From: an uncultured Clostridia bacterium
Lineage (GTDB): Bacteria; Bacillota; DTU025; MWDF01
Direction: 5' to 3'
DNA length: 64,000 nucleotides
NCBI GenBank assembly: GCA_964545975.1
Contig: CAZJHY010000002.1
Coordinates: forward strand, 18,867 to 82,866
Below are positions 1 through 8,528 of this stretch, piece after piece. The notes beneath the pieces were generated by a model. It ran no database searches. It had not been told where the DNA came from and saw only the letters and a program-made list of their open reading frames with translations. Made by a program: the position numbers and the translations under genes. How positions within the stretch are numbered: position 1 is the first letter of the stretch; every line of letters begins with the position of its first letter.

Positions 1-1
1 C

Positions 2-574
2 ACCAAGGTTGAGGACCAACCCGATTTCGCAAGCGACCCTCTCGGCCTGGAGGCAAGGAACCTGAACCGCGTGTATCCCGGCAAGGAGGACGGCACGCTC
101 ACTGAGAAGATTGCATATGGAATAATGAGACTTCTGGAAGTGGAGGGCATTGAGGCGGGCATCGACTTTCATGAGGCGAATCCGGGCAGCACCCTCGCCT
201 GGACGATAATCTCGCCAAATGAGACGCTTGATGCTGCTGTCCTTGCCGCTTTTGACCTTGAGGACAGGGGCATAAGGATGAATCCTGACAGAAGCGGGCC
301 GGGCTTTGCAGGATATAGCCACTGGGAATGGAGCAGGCTCGGCACGTCAGCCTACCTTCTGGAGACTGTAAACCCGGGAATGGAGACAGGGAAGAAGGCA
401 GATCCGATCGTCAGCGAGGAGTTCCCGATAAAAAAGCGGGTGGGAATACATCTTGAGACTATGCTGGCGCTGCTGAGATACCAGTCAGAGCTTTCCGGAG
501 TCAGGTTCGAGGCTTCAGGCATACCGGGCTATTCGGACCTGATGAAGCTCGGATTGGCGGGACTGCTCAGATAA
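2..574 (+). CDS. AstE/AspA (succinylglutamate desuccinylase/aspartoacylase, M14-like) family deacylase, C-terminal part; 5' end outside window
   Basis: The frame is open from base 2. The translation reads ..ARNLNRVYPG (family DLNRxFPG-type motif), then IDFHEA. Stop at 572-574. Confidence 0.6.
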   Translation, partial: TKVEDQPDFASDPLGLEARNLNRVYPGKEDGTLTEKIAYGIMRLLEVEGIEAGIDFHEANPGSTLAWTIISPNETLDAAVLAAFDLEDRGIRMNPDRSGPGFAGYSHWEWSRLGTSAYLLETVNPGMETGKKADPIVSEEFPIKKRVGIHLETMLALLRYQSELSGVRFEASGIPGYSDLMKLGLAGLLR

Positions 575-599
575 GATAGGATTACTTTGGATGATAGTG

Positions 600-638
600 G
601 CGCCGCGCGCAGATATGATGCTCGCGGCGCACTTTTTT
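600..638 (+). terminator. Rho-independent terminator after the deacylase gene
   Basis: GCGCCGCG (600-607) pairs with CGCGGCGC (623-630), followed by a T6 run at 633-638. Confidence 0.6.
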
Positions 639-648
639 GGTCTATTCG

Positions 649-1815
649 CTAGATCGCCCTGTCCAGCCTCATGATGACTGCCTCTGCGAACCTGTAGGCT
701 TTGTCCATTATGCCGGGATCCATCTTGTCGAAGGTATCCGATGGCATATGCCAGTGGGGGGCGAAACCGTCCCTCTCGAGGCCGATAAGGGTTACTGCCG
801 GTATGCCCCTGATTATCGCATCGCTTGCCTCGGTGCATCCTCCTGTGAGGACTGACGGATATGCATTGAACTCGGGATGCCGTCCTATCTCCTCCACAAT
901 CTCAAGAAGCTTCCTGTCCGGTTTCAGCGGTAGCAGCAGCCCCTCCTTGGTGATGAAAGATGGCCCGGCGCATCCGAGCATCTCGAAGTTCAGCATGATG
1001 GGGTTGTTGAACTCCCTTTTGTGAACGCTTAGAAAATGGACAGCCCCTTCATGCAGGGACTCCTCACTTCCGGAGCAGACGAACCAGACCCTGGAGTACT
1101 CCAGCGGCTTGGCCTTTATCTCCCGGGCCATCGTCAGCACGAGGCCGGCCCCGGTCGCGTTGTCGTTTGCCCCCTTGGTGAGCGGGGACAGTTCAGCTTC
1201 GAGCGTGATGATGATAAGAGATAGAGCCCCGATCACTGATATGAATGCGATCTTCCAGACAGTCATTGATATCTGAGGCCAGATCAGCGCAGCGCCGAAC
1301 ATGAATGTCTGCAGGAATAGAAGGGCCATTGCTACGTTGGACCATACGGCATAGACCTTCCTCCATGCCTTGGAGGAGAAGATCATAGGGGTGCGCTGGG
1401 TGTCCATGTGTCCCATCAGGATGATGTCCCTCTTCGGTATGCTGCGGGACATCTGCTTTGCATAGACGTTCCTGCTTATCTTCCTGCTGCCGAATATCCT
1501 CAGGGGGTTCGGCCTTAAAAGAAGCTCCAGTATCTCGGATACAAGCGCCACTGCGGCTATTATGAAAGAGGCCACAGGGGACCACAGGAATGTGGCATAG
1601 GATATCGCAAAAGCGACTGCTGCCACAAGGTGCGGCCTGAACACTGAGGCCTGGCTGCGGAAGGTCTCGACTACAGGCTCGAAATCCAGGGCTTTAAGCT
1701 GCGCCTCGCAGTAATCCGCCGCCTTCTTCTCCTCAGGGCTTCCGCTGCCCCTTGCTCCAATAGAGGATGAAAGCTCCTTTACATGTCCAAGCCAGGTAGA
1801 TACCCTCTGGTCCAT
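649..1815 (-). CDS. Membrane-anchored M28 family metallopeptidase (aminopeptidase-like)
   Basis: Motifs GHMDTQ, NDNATGAGLVL, SGSEESLHEGA and HWHMPSDT match M28 zinc-ligand blocks. Several hydrophobic TM segments lie in the middle of the protein. GGAGGG lies 7 nt upstream of the ATG. Confidence 0.8.
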   Translation of the reverse strand: MDQRVSTWLGHVKELSSSIGARGSGSPEEKKAADYCEAQLKALDFEPVVETFRSQASVFRPHLVAAVAFAISYATFLWSPVASFIIAAVALVSEILELLLRPNPLRIFGSRKISRNVYAKQMSRSIPKRDIILMGHMDTQRTPMIFSSKAWRKVYAVWSNVAMALLFLQTFMFGAALIWPQISMTVWKIAFISVIGALSLIIITLEAELSPLTKGANDNATGAGLVLTMAREIKAKPLEYSRVWFVCSGSEESLHEGAVHFLSVHKREFNNPIMLNFEMLGCAGPSFITKEGLLLPLKPDRKLLEIVEEIGRHPEFNAYPSVLTGGCTEASDAIIRGIPAVTLIGLERDGFAPHWHMPSDTFDKMDPGIMDKAYRFAEAVIMRLDRAI

Positions 1816-1885
1816 ATAGGTGCCCTCCCTTGGAAAAACTGGATTGTATTTTCATTATCGCACAGGTTATGATTCGTTGTAAGAT

Positions 1886-1990
1886 AACCGCGCTCCGAGC
1901 CGGACGACCTAAAGCGAGAAGCTATGGGCTTCCGGCCGACAGGGCCAGGGGGGAAACGCCCTGACCTCCCTTTTGGAAAGGATTGCGGCA
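1886..1990 (+). promoter_or_regulatory. Candidate molybdenum/tungsten cofactor (Moco/Tuco RNA motif) riboswitch aptamer
   Basis: CUCCGAGCC is at 1893-1901 and CCUCCC-N4-GGAAAGG is at 1965-1981. Closing helix: CCGC 1888-1891 with GCGG 1985-1988. Inner helices: GCCGG 1899-1903 with CCGGC 1932-1936, and CAGGG 1946-1950 with CCCUG 1959-1963. These were matched from memory to the published consensus and not searched. Confidence 0.6.
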
Positions 1991-2003
1991 GGCTTGAGTT
2001 TTC

Positions 2004-2045
2004 ATGCCGTGCCCTTCCTTCATGAGGATGGGCACGGCATTTTTT
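2004..2045 (+). terminator. Intrinsic terminator/attenuator (putative riboswitch expression platform)
   Basis: ATGCCGTGCCC (2004-2014) pairs with GGGCACGGCAT (2030-2040), followed by T5 (2041-2045). It ends only 11 nt before the ATG at 2057. Confidence 0.7.
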
Positions 2046-2056
2046 CGGAGGTACTG

Positions 2057-3007
2057 ATGAGAAGGATACTTGGCATTGTTTTGGCGCTGGCAGCAATCAC
2101 GGCCCTTTCGGCAGGGGCCCTTGCAAGCCAGGAGGCCCTCAGCATCAAACTGACCGACAGGCTGGGAACGTCGCAGACAGTTGTACTTGCCTCACTGCCA
2201 CAGCTCACCCACCTGGCCTCTTATAAGAGGTCCTCAGGAACGATAGTCGGCCCTTTCACTTATACCGGTCCGTCTCTTAATTCGATACTCGCCCTTATGG
2301 GAGGGATAAACAAGGGCGACGCGGTGCAGCTTATCGCAGGTGACGGCTACAGGATGAGCCTTACCTACGAGCAGGTCAATGGAGAGGTGACTGTCTACAA
2401 CGAGAAAGGCGAGGCGCTGGATGAGTTCTCAAGGCCGATTATGGTGATTGCCACATCCTCCGACAACCCTGCGTTCGACGGCATAAGGGCAATCTACTCG
2501 GGTCCTGCCAGCCCGCTAACCGATGGGCACACGTGGGTCAAGGACATCGTGGAAGTCAGGGTCATACCGATGGTCAAAGAGTGGATGCTCGAGCTTAAAG
2601 GAGCAATATCCACGAAGATGGACAGGTCCACTTTCGAAAGCCTGGCCACCTGCCCGGCATCTCCCCACCCGGGCGAGCAGCACGCGTCGATGTCCGGATC
2701 CTATGCGGGCACCCCGCTTTGGACGCTAGTCTCGGTGGTGGACAACATCGAACCCGAGAACTCTCACTATACCTTCGACAGGCAGCTTGCGGCGAAGGGC
2801 TATATGGTAAGGGTGATATCCGCGGACGGCTCCTTCCTGGACATCAGGTCCCAGGACATGGCCGACGACGGCGGCTATATTGTCGCATTCACAAAGGACG
2901 GGCACATACTGGGCGACGATGAGGGACCCCTTGTGCTTACAGGCCCCAAGGTCTCAAAGACGATTTTCAAGATAGTCTCGATCGAGCTTATCGGTCTGGG
3001 CAATTAG
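2057..3007 (+). CDS. Exported two-domain protein with molybdopterin-oxidoreductase-like (PF00174-like) fold
   Basis: The start was moved to the ATG at 2057 (GGAGG at 2047-2051). Signal peptide is MRRILGIVLALAAITALSAGALA. The pattern G-P-F-x-G-x-L-x-x-L...DGY...L...V occurs twice. The second half begins WMLELKG, which is typical of that fold. Confidence 0.55.
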   Translation: MRRILGIVLALAAITALSAGALASQEALSIKLTDRLGTSQTVVLASLPQLTHLASYKRSSGTIVGPFTYTGPSLNSILALMGGINKGDAVQLIAGDGYRMSLTYEQVNGEVTVYNEKGEALDEFSRPIMVIATSSDNPAFDGIRAIYSGPASPLTDGHTWVKDIVEVRVIPMVKEWMLELKGAISTKMDRSTFESLATCPASPHPGEQHASMSGSYAGTPLWTLVSVVDNIEPENSHYTFDRQLAAKGYMVRVISADGSFLDIRSQDMADDGGYIVAFTKDGHILGDDEGPLVLTGPKVSKTIFKIVSIELIGLGN

Positions 3008-3019
3008 GAGGAGAAGGCA

Positions 3020-3535
3020 ATGATAAGGAAGGTATTGGCGGCGGCATTACTGGCAGCATTTGCACTTAGCGTATCGGTCATGGCGGCAGGCCCCATGCTC
3101 AAGGTATCCAAGGGCGATGCAGCTGCGGTGACTGTGGACATCTCGACCCTGGAGCAGGTGTCAGGCAAGGCATACTACAAGAACTCCAAGGGAGTGCTCT
3201 CAGGCCCGTTCAGCATCAAGGGAGTGAGGCTCTCTGACGTGCTGAAGGCGGCAGGCGGCATCTTAGAGGCCGAGAAGCTTGTAGTCACATCGTCCGACGG
3301 CTATGTCACTGAGCTCACTTTCGCGCAGGTGATGGGCAAGATGGATATAACAAGGGCGGACGGAAGCGCGGAGACCGAGAAGGTCGAAGTGATACCCGTA
3401 ATCATCACATGGTCGGAGCCTGCTATGGAGAAGGACCTACCCAGGCTATCCTTCATAACGAAGGACGGCCACATCACCGAGAGCAAGTACTGGGCGAGAA
3501 ACGTAGTTGAGTTCAAAGTGGTCGCAGTAAAATAG
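3020..3535 (+). CDS. Exported single-domain paralog of the preceding gene (molybdopterin-oxidoreductase-like fold, no cysteine)
   Basis: Signal peptide is MIRKVLAAALLAAFALSVSVMAA. The block GPFSIKGVRLSDVLKAAGG...SSDGYVTELTFAQV...KYWARNVVEFKVV parallels the upstream gene. GGAGG RBS is present. Confidence 0.55.
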   Translation: MIRKVLAAALLAAFALSVSVMAAGPMLKVSKGDAAAVTVDISTLEQVSGKAYYKNSKGVLSGPFSIKGVRLSDVLKAAGGILEAEKLVVTSSDGYVTELTFAQVMGKMDITRADGSAETEKVEVIPVIITWSEPAMEKDLPRLSFITKDGHITESKYWARNVVEFKVVAVK

Positions 3536-3554
3536 GAGTCATCAGCGCAGTTGC

Positions 3555-3583
3555 AAGCGCCCTCTGCAATGGGGGCGCTTTCT
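3555..3583 (+). terminator. Probable terminator after the exported-protein pair
   Basis: AAGCGCCC (3555-3562) pairs with GGGCGCTT (3573-3580), followed by a weak T tract. Confidence 0.45.
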
Positions 3584-3681
3584 CACATCTATAGCCCTAA
3601 AAAGGTTATAATTTATTTATCAGGAAACGTATCCTAAAAGGCAGGCACAAAGCCCTGCCGCCACTTCAGGGAGGTGCCCGG

Positions 3682-5397
3682 ATGGCAGAATCCCTAAAAA
3701 TCTCGATAATCCAGATGGGAGCCTACGACATGATGAGCCCCCATCATTCGGACAACGAGATGTTCTACATGATCGAGATGGAGAAGGACTTCAACCCCGA
3801 CATAATACTGTTGCCCGAGTGCGCCTGGCCTGGCTACTTCCTTTCGGGCTGGGATTATGCGATGCAGGAGAAGTCCGACGATGTGATGGGCCGCCTGGCG
3901 GCAGCGGCAAGGAGGCTGGGTTGCTTCATAGTCGCAGGCCTTCCCGAGCCTGACAAGAGCGAGCCTACGGCGCAGGCCCTCCCGTTCAACGAGCAGTGGA
4001 TGCAACCGGAGGCATGCCCTCTCTACAATTCTGCGATCGCCTGGAATAAGCAGGGGAAGGTCGTGGCAAGGGGCAGGAAGGTGAACCTCTGGCACTTCGA
4101 CGGCAGGTGGTTTAGGAGAGGAGAGGAGCCGGCATCGTTCAGGACCAGATGGGGCAAGGTGGGCCTTATAGTCTGCGCGGACGCCAGGCTTCCGCAGCTT
4201 GTGGAGACCCTGGCGGAAGACGGTTGCCGCCTCGTGCTCAACTGCACGAACTGGGTCACAAGCGGGCCTGACAGGGCGAAACTGACGAATCCGCAGGCAG
4301 ACTACCTGATAAGGGTGAGGGCGGCCGAGAACAACGTCTGGATAGCCTCAGCAAACAAGGCCGGCTTGGAAGACGGGCTCATTGCCTTCTGCGGAGGCTC
4401 GCAGCTGGCATCCCCCGAGGGGGTGACCGTCAGAAGGGCTTCCTCCGACAAAGTGGAGGTCCTGAGGGTGGAGATTCCCCTGGATTCACAGGGAAGGATT
4501 GAGCTTCCGGAACCCCGGGTAGAAAGGATAAGAAACGTAGCCGAGTACGACGCATCAGTGACGGGGCTGTCATCTTCAGGCGCTGAGGGGCCAAAGGCTG
4601 AGGGGCAGGGCAGCATCGCAAGTGCGCCGGTTGCCTCGCATCATCCTTTCGCGGCAGTAGTGCAGCAATCCCCGGATTCGGCAGGGCAACCCGGGACAGG
4701 CCTTGTAGCCAAGGCGCAGGTTAAAAGGCTTGCTGCAAAGATAGAGTCACTGGAGGCGGACATCGTGGTCTTCTCCGGTACCTTCGCCGCGATGGCGGGG
4801 CCGGACCCGCAGGCCGCGGGGCTTAAGCATGAGGCCTCGACAAGGGGTAGGATCCTGGTGATTCCTCATGGGAAATGCGCGAAATGCGGAAACCCGATAG
4901 GAGGGGCGGACGTCGTATTCGACGGAGCGTCAATCGAGCAGTACGGAGCGCTGGCAAGGCGCGAGTCCACGAGAGGATGCCCGAGGTGCGGATACGGCGA
5001 TTCGGTAGCCCTCGCCCCGGTGGTGGAGACGCCATTCGGCCCGCTCGGCCTGCTTCTTGGCCGGGAGGGGCACGAACATAGGCTCGTCGCGAACCTTGCC
5101 GGCATGGGGGTGGGGATGTTCGCATGGATTACCTCCGGGCTCGTATACGAGCATGAGATAGTCACGAGGGCCAGGGCAATGGAATCAAGGGTATGGATGG
5201 CGACAGCCAACCCATCAAGGTTCAAGGCGAAGGGCGAGGAGATAGGATTCAGGTCTGGGCTTAGCCTTATCGCAGAGCCTGACGGAAGGGTCGCATCATG
5301 CGCCTTTCCGGACGAGGAACAGATCATATCCTCCTACATGGACCTTTGCCTTACGTTAAGGCGGGAAGTTGTGCCCGGCACCAAGGCGACGAGATAG
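3682..5397 (+). CDS. Two-domain carbon-nitrogen hydrolase (nitrilase superfamily): an active N-domain plus a degenerate C-domain carrying a 4-Cys insert
   Basis: The N-domain has LPECAWPGY (Glu), GRKVNLWHF (Lys) and GLIVCADARLP (Cys). The C-domain lacks the Glu and Cys equivalents and carries CAKC (4876-4887) and CPRC (4978-4989). Confidence 0.75.
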   Translation: MAESLKISIIQMGAYDMMSPHHSDNEMFYMIEMEKDFNPDIILLPECAWPGYFLSGWDYAMQEKSDDVMGRLAAAARRLGCFIVAGLPEPDKSEPTAQALPFNEQWMQPEACPLYNSAIAWNKQGKVVARGRKVNLWHFDGRWFRRGEEPASFRTRWGKVGLIVCADARLPQLVETLAEDGCRLVLNCTNWVTSGPDRAKLTNPQADYLIRVRAAENNVWIASANKAGLEDGLIAFCGGSQLASPEGVTVRRASSDKVEVLRVEIPLDSQGRIELPEPRVERIRNVAEYDASVTGLSSSGAEGPKAEGQGSIASAPVASHHPFAAVVQQSPDSAGQPGTGLVAKAQVKRLAAKIESLEADIVVFSGTFAAMAGPDPQAAGLKHEASTRGRILVIPHGKCAKCGNPIGGADVVFDGASIEQYGALARRESTRGCPRCGYGDSVALAPVVETPFGPLGLLLGREGHEHRLVANLAGMGVGMFAWITSGLVYEHEIVTRARAMESRVWMATANPSRFKAKGEEIGFRSGLSLIAEPDGRVASCAFPDEEQIISSYMDLCLTLRREVVPGTKATR

Positions 5398-5413
5398 ACT
5401 GGAGGAATAAGGT

Positions 5414-6331
5414 TTGCGCAAGGCCTTTCTTGCAGCACTTTTGATAATGGCATTGCTTGCAGCGTCAGGGGGCGCGGCCTCCTATAAGCCGAGGCTGGTA
5501 GTCCTAAACGGCGTGACGGGCCTAGGGCTCGTTGCACTTCTGGACGATGAGGGCTATGAGGTGGAGATTGGCAAGTCCGCCGATGTGGCAGTAGCAAGGC
5601 TCAACACGATGGGTGCGGACGCCGCAGCTCTTCCCGTGTCCACAGCAGCGCTTCTGAGAAACAAGGGCACGGCCATCAGGCTCGCCGCCATCACAAACTA
5701 CGGCTCCCTTTACATCGTCTCGTCGAAGGCTGATTCCGACCTCATATCTGCGGCGACGTCATTTCTTGGCGTGCCGGGCAAGGGCACGATGCCGGATGTG
5801 GTCCTGGACATACTGCTTTCCTCGAAGAAAGCAGGGGGCTCTGGCATCCAGTACTACTCATCTCCAGCGGAGCTTGCAAACCTTCTGGCGGCTGGTAGGA
5901 TCGAATCCGCCCTCCTCCCGGAGCCTTGGGTGAGCCAGGCTCTTTTCGCAAACAAGGACCTCCGCATAGCATACGACCTGCAGGCCGGATGGAGATCCGC
6001 TTATAGCTCGGACTATCCGCTAAGCTGCGTTGTTGCGACCGAAAGCTTCATAAGGAATCACCCGGCGGAGTTCGCTAAGCTTCTTTCGGATATCGAAGAG
6101 AGCGTAAGATGGGTAGCGGAGAACCCTTCAAAGGCAGCGGGAATAGCCGTAGAAAGGCTCGGGATGTCGGGGCCTTCTACGGAGGCTGCGATACCAAGAT
6201 GCAACTTCAGGTTTTTGGACGGAGCCGACGCCAGGCTTTCGGCCTTGTCCTTCTATGAGAGGGCCCTTCAGTCATCTGCTGCCCTGATAGGAGGCAAGCT
6301 TCCGGATGAAGCTTTCTATGCGGGCCGCTAA
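5414..6331 (+). CDS. ABC transporter substrate-binding protein, NitT/TauT (SsuA/NMT1-like) family
   Basis: TTG start with GGAGG upstream and a signal peptide. Overall similarity is to sulfonate/nitrate-type binding proteins. It is followed by a matching permease and ATPase. Confidence 0.6.
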   Translation: MRKAFLAALLIMALLAASGGAASYKPRLVVLNGVTGLGLVALLDDEGYEVEIGKSADVAVARLNTMGADAAALPVSTAALLRNKGTAIRLAAITNYGSLYIVSSKADSDLISAATSFLGVPGKGTMPDVVLDILLSSKKAGGSGIQYYSSPAELANLLAAGRIESALLPEPWVSQALFANKDLRIAYDLQAGWRSAYSSDYPLSCVVATESFIRNHPAEFAKLLSDIEESVRWVAENPSKAAGIAVERLGMSGPSTEAAIPRCNFRFLDGADARLSALSFYERALQSSAALIGGKLPDEAFYAGR

Positions 6332-7070
6332 GGTCGGGCCAATGGCCGGAACCGCCATAGTGCTCATTATTTGGTGGGCAGGCTCCGCCATTATCGAAAA
6401 CCCGCTGCTTCTGCCTTCCCCGCTGGAGACTGTCAGGGCGTTGGCAGTAGTTCTTGCAGGAAGGTCATTTGCTTCGGATATCTCTGCCACTGCCCTCAGG
6501 GTGGCTTATGCCTTCATCCTCTCCTTCTTGCTTGGAACGGCAGTCGGCGCTGCCTCCGGCAGGAACGTAATGCTAAGATCGATGCTGTCGCCAGCTATGG
6601 CGGCGCTGCGCACTGTTCCTTTCATCTCGCTGTCAGTGCTCTCCCTGGTATGGTTCAAGTCGGGGGCAGTTCCCGTCTTCGTGGCATTTCTGATGGCATT
6701 CCCGTTGGTAGCCTCGATCATTTCGGAGGCCGCGGCGTCCGTCGATGAGAAGCTAATAGAGCTGTCAAGGGTCTACATGGTGCCGAAGCCGAGGATGGTG
6801 AGGCTTCTCTATGCCCCGTCTCTGGCACCATATCTCGTATCGGCTGCTGCTCAGGCAATGGGGGTTAGCTGGAAAATCGTGGTTTCGGCTGAGGTTCTGT
6901 CACTTCCCAGGACGGGAATGGGGGCGAGAATGGATACTGCGAGAGCCTTTCTGGATACTCCCGGGCTATTTGCATGGACGCTTCTTCTGGTGCTCATTGG
7001 CTACGGGAGCGACCTGCTTCTGGGGCATCTCATGAGGTTATCCTTCAGAAGGAAGGAGGGGGCGTTGTGA
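6306..7070 (+). CDS. ABC transporter permease (SsuC/TauC-like)
   Basis: About six hydrophobic segments and an EAA-like loop (ELSRVYMVPKPRMVRLLYAPSLAPYL). The start is uncertain (6306, 6318 or 6342). Confidence 0.75.
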   Translation: MKLSMRAAKVGPMAGTAIVLIIWWAGSAIIENPLLLPSPLETVRALAVVLAGRSFASDISATALRVAYAFILSFLLGTAVGAASGRNVMLRSMLSPAMAALRTVPFISLSVLSLVWFKSGAVPVFVAFLMAFPLVASIISEAAASVDEKLIELSRVYMVPKPRMVRLLYAPSLAPYLVSAAAQAMGVSWKIVVSAEVLSLPRTGMGARMDTARAFLDTPGLFAWTLLLVLIGYGSDLLLGHLMRLSFRRKEGAL

Positions 7071-7819
7071 GCTCCATAACGATAAGCGGCCTATCCAAAT
7101 CCTTCGAGGGCACGCCGGTATTCAAAGGGCTGTCGATGTCGGCTGAGGCAGGCCGCGTGACCGCAATCCTCGGACCCTCCGGAAGGGGGAAAACCACCCT
7201 TCTTCGCATCCTCTGCGGGCTGGAGCGCCAGGACGGGGGAAGCGCCCAATTGCCTGAGGAATCCGGCATAGCTGTAGCATTCCAGGAGCCCAGGCTTCTT
7301 CCATGGCTTACAGTACAGGAGAACATGTCCTATTGCCTGGGCGAGGAATCCACGGCGAGGGCTTTGATGGTGCTAAAAGAGCTTGGACTTGAAGGATTCG
7401 CCCGAAGGAAGCCGTCAGCTATGTCCGGAGGAGAGCAACAAAGAGTGAACCTGGCGCGGGCTTTGGCCTCTGAGGCGAAGGTGCTTCTGCTTGACGAGCC
7501 ATTCAGCTCCATAGGTCTGGGAATGAAGGCCGAGATGCTTCCGAAGCTGAGAGAAAGGCTCGCTTCCGAGGGCAGGACGGTTGTCATGGTCACGCACAGC
7601 CCAGTGGATGTGGCCCTTATGGCCGATGCCTTCTACCTCATGGACGAGGAAGGCTCGGGGGCAAGGGGCCCATACAGTGTCCTTCTCCCCGAAAGAGGAA
7701 GAGAGCTAGGCGACGAGGCGACCGGCAGGGAAGTGCACAGGCTGATGCTGATGATGGCATCGCTCGGGGCTCTCCCGAGTGAATCGGAAGGGTTGAGGGA
7801 GGGCATAAATGGGCGCTGA
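7067..7819 (+). CDS. ABC transporter ATP-binding protein (SsuB/TauB-like)
   Basis: The GTG at 7067 overlaps the permease stop (GTGA). Walker A is GPSGRGKTT, the signature is MSGGEQQRVNLARAL, and Walker B is LLLDEP. Confidence 0.85.
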   Translation: MSSITISGLSKSFEGTPVFKGLSMSAEAGRVTAILGPSGRGKTTLLRILCGLERQDGGSAQLPEESGIAVAFQEPRLLPWLTVQENMSYCLGEESTARALMVLKELGLEGFARRKPSAMSGGEQQRVNLARALASEAKVLLLDEPFSSIGLGMKAEMLPKLRERLASEGRTVVMVTHSPVDVALMADAFYLMDEEGSGARGPYSVLLPERGRELGDEATGREVHRLMLMMASLGALPSESEGLREGINGR

Positions 7820-8528
7820 GGGCAGGTTCCAAAGGGAGATACTGCTCATAGGGCAGGAAGGGTATGAGAGGCTTAGGGATAGCCATGTTGCCGTCTTCGG
7901 CATCGGAGGCGTGGGCTCGTTCTGCGCCGAGGCGCTGGCAAGAGCCGGAGTTGGAGAGATAACACTAGTTGATTCCGACACCGTGCAGGAGAGTAACTCA
8001 AACAGACAGCTTGTGGCCCTTGGAAGTACCCTCGGCAGGGCTAAGGTGGACGTTATGGCCGAACGGATTCACGACATCAACCCCGATGCGACTACCCACC
8101 CGATTAAGGCCTGGTTCGGAGCAGAAAACGCCGATGAGATGCTATCAGAAGGGTTCGACTACGTAGCGGACGCGATAGACAGCGTGGAATCCAAGCTCAT
8201 GCTCATTGCCTCCTGCGTCAGAAAGGGCATTCCCGTGGCATCCAGCATGGGGGCCGGAAATAAGACCGACGCGACAGGTTATAGAATCGCCGACATCTCG
8301 AAGACCAAGGCATGTCCGCTGGCCAGGGTGATAAGGACCAGACTGAGGAAGGTGGGCATAACCGGCGGGGTCACTGCCATCTATTCCGACGATGAACCCT
8401 TATTAAGAAGGCCTGGGCCCCCAGGAAGCATCTCCTTCGTGCCACCAGTCGCGGGGCTTCTGCTCGCCCAGGCGGTAATAAACGCGCTTCTTGCCAGAAA
8501 TGAGGGGTATCTCCCCTTCATCGGATGA
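7809..8528 (+). CDS. tcdA: tRNA threonylcarbamoyladenosine dehydratase (ThiF/E1-like)
   Basis: GIGGVGSFCAEALARAGVGEITLVDSDTVQESNSNRQ and the overall length are typical of TcdA/CsdL. Confidence 0.8.
   Translation: MGAEGRFQREILLIGQEGYERLRDSHVAVFGIGGVGSFCAEALARAGVGEITLVDSDTVQESNSNRQLVALGSTLGRAKVDVMAERIHDINPDATTHPIKAWFGAENADEMLSEGFDYVADAIDSVESKLMLIASCVRKGIPVASSMGAGNKTDATGYRIADISKTKACPLARVIRTRLRKVGITGGVTAIYSDDEPLLRRPGPPGSISFVPPVAGLLLAQAVINALLARNEGYLPFIG

Noticed and set aside
1973-2056. Upstream extension of the 1973..3007 ORF.
   Set aside because: It runs through the terminator hairpin and the riboswitch-like leader. The ATG at 2057 has a GGAGG RBS and starts a clean signal peptide.
6974-7066. 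N-terminal extensions of the ABC ATPase (6974), murD (30472), folD (31829), the FAD subunit (50648), ThiF (57685), the aminotransferase (58508), MATE (55981) and LysE (54442).
   Set aside because: Each extension overlaps the preceding gene or lacks an RBS. Internal starts with good Shine-Dalgarno spacing match the conserved family N-termini.
8518-8528. 11-nt convergent overlap of the tcdA and Isf-like gene ends on the near-palindrome TCATCGGATGA.
   Set aside because: It is probably a coincidental consequence of tight packing. No hairpin or regulatory feature could be argued from it.
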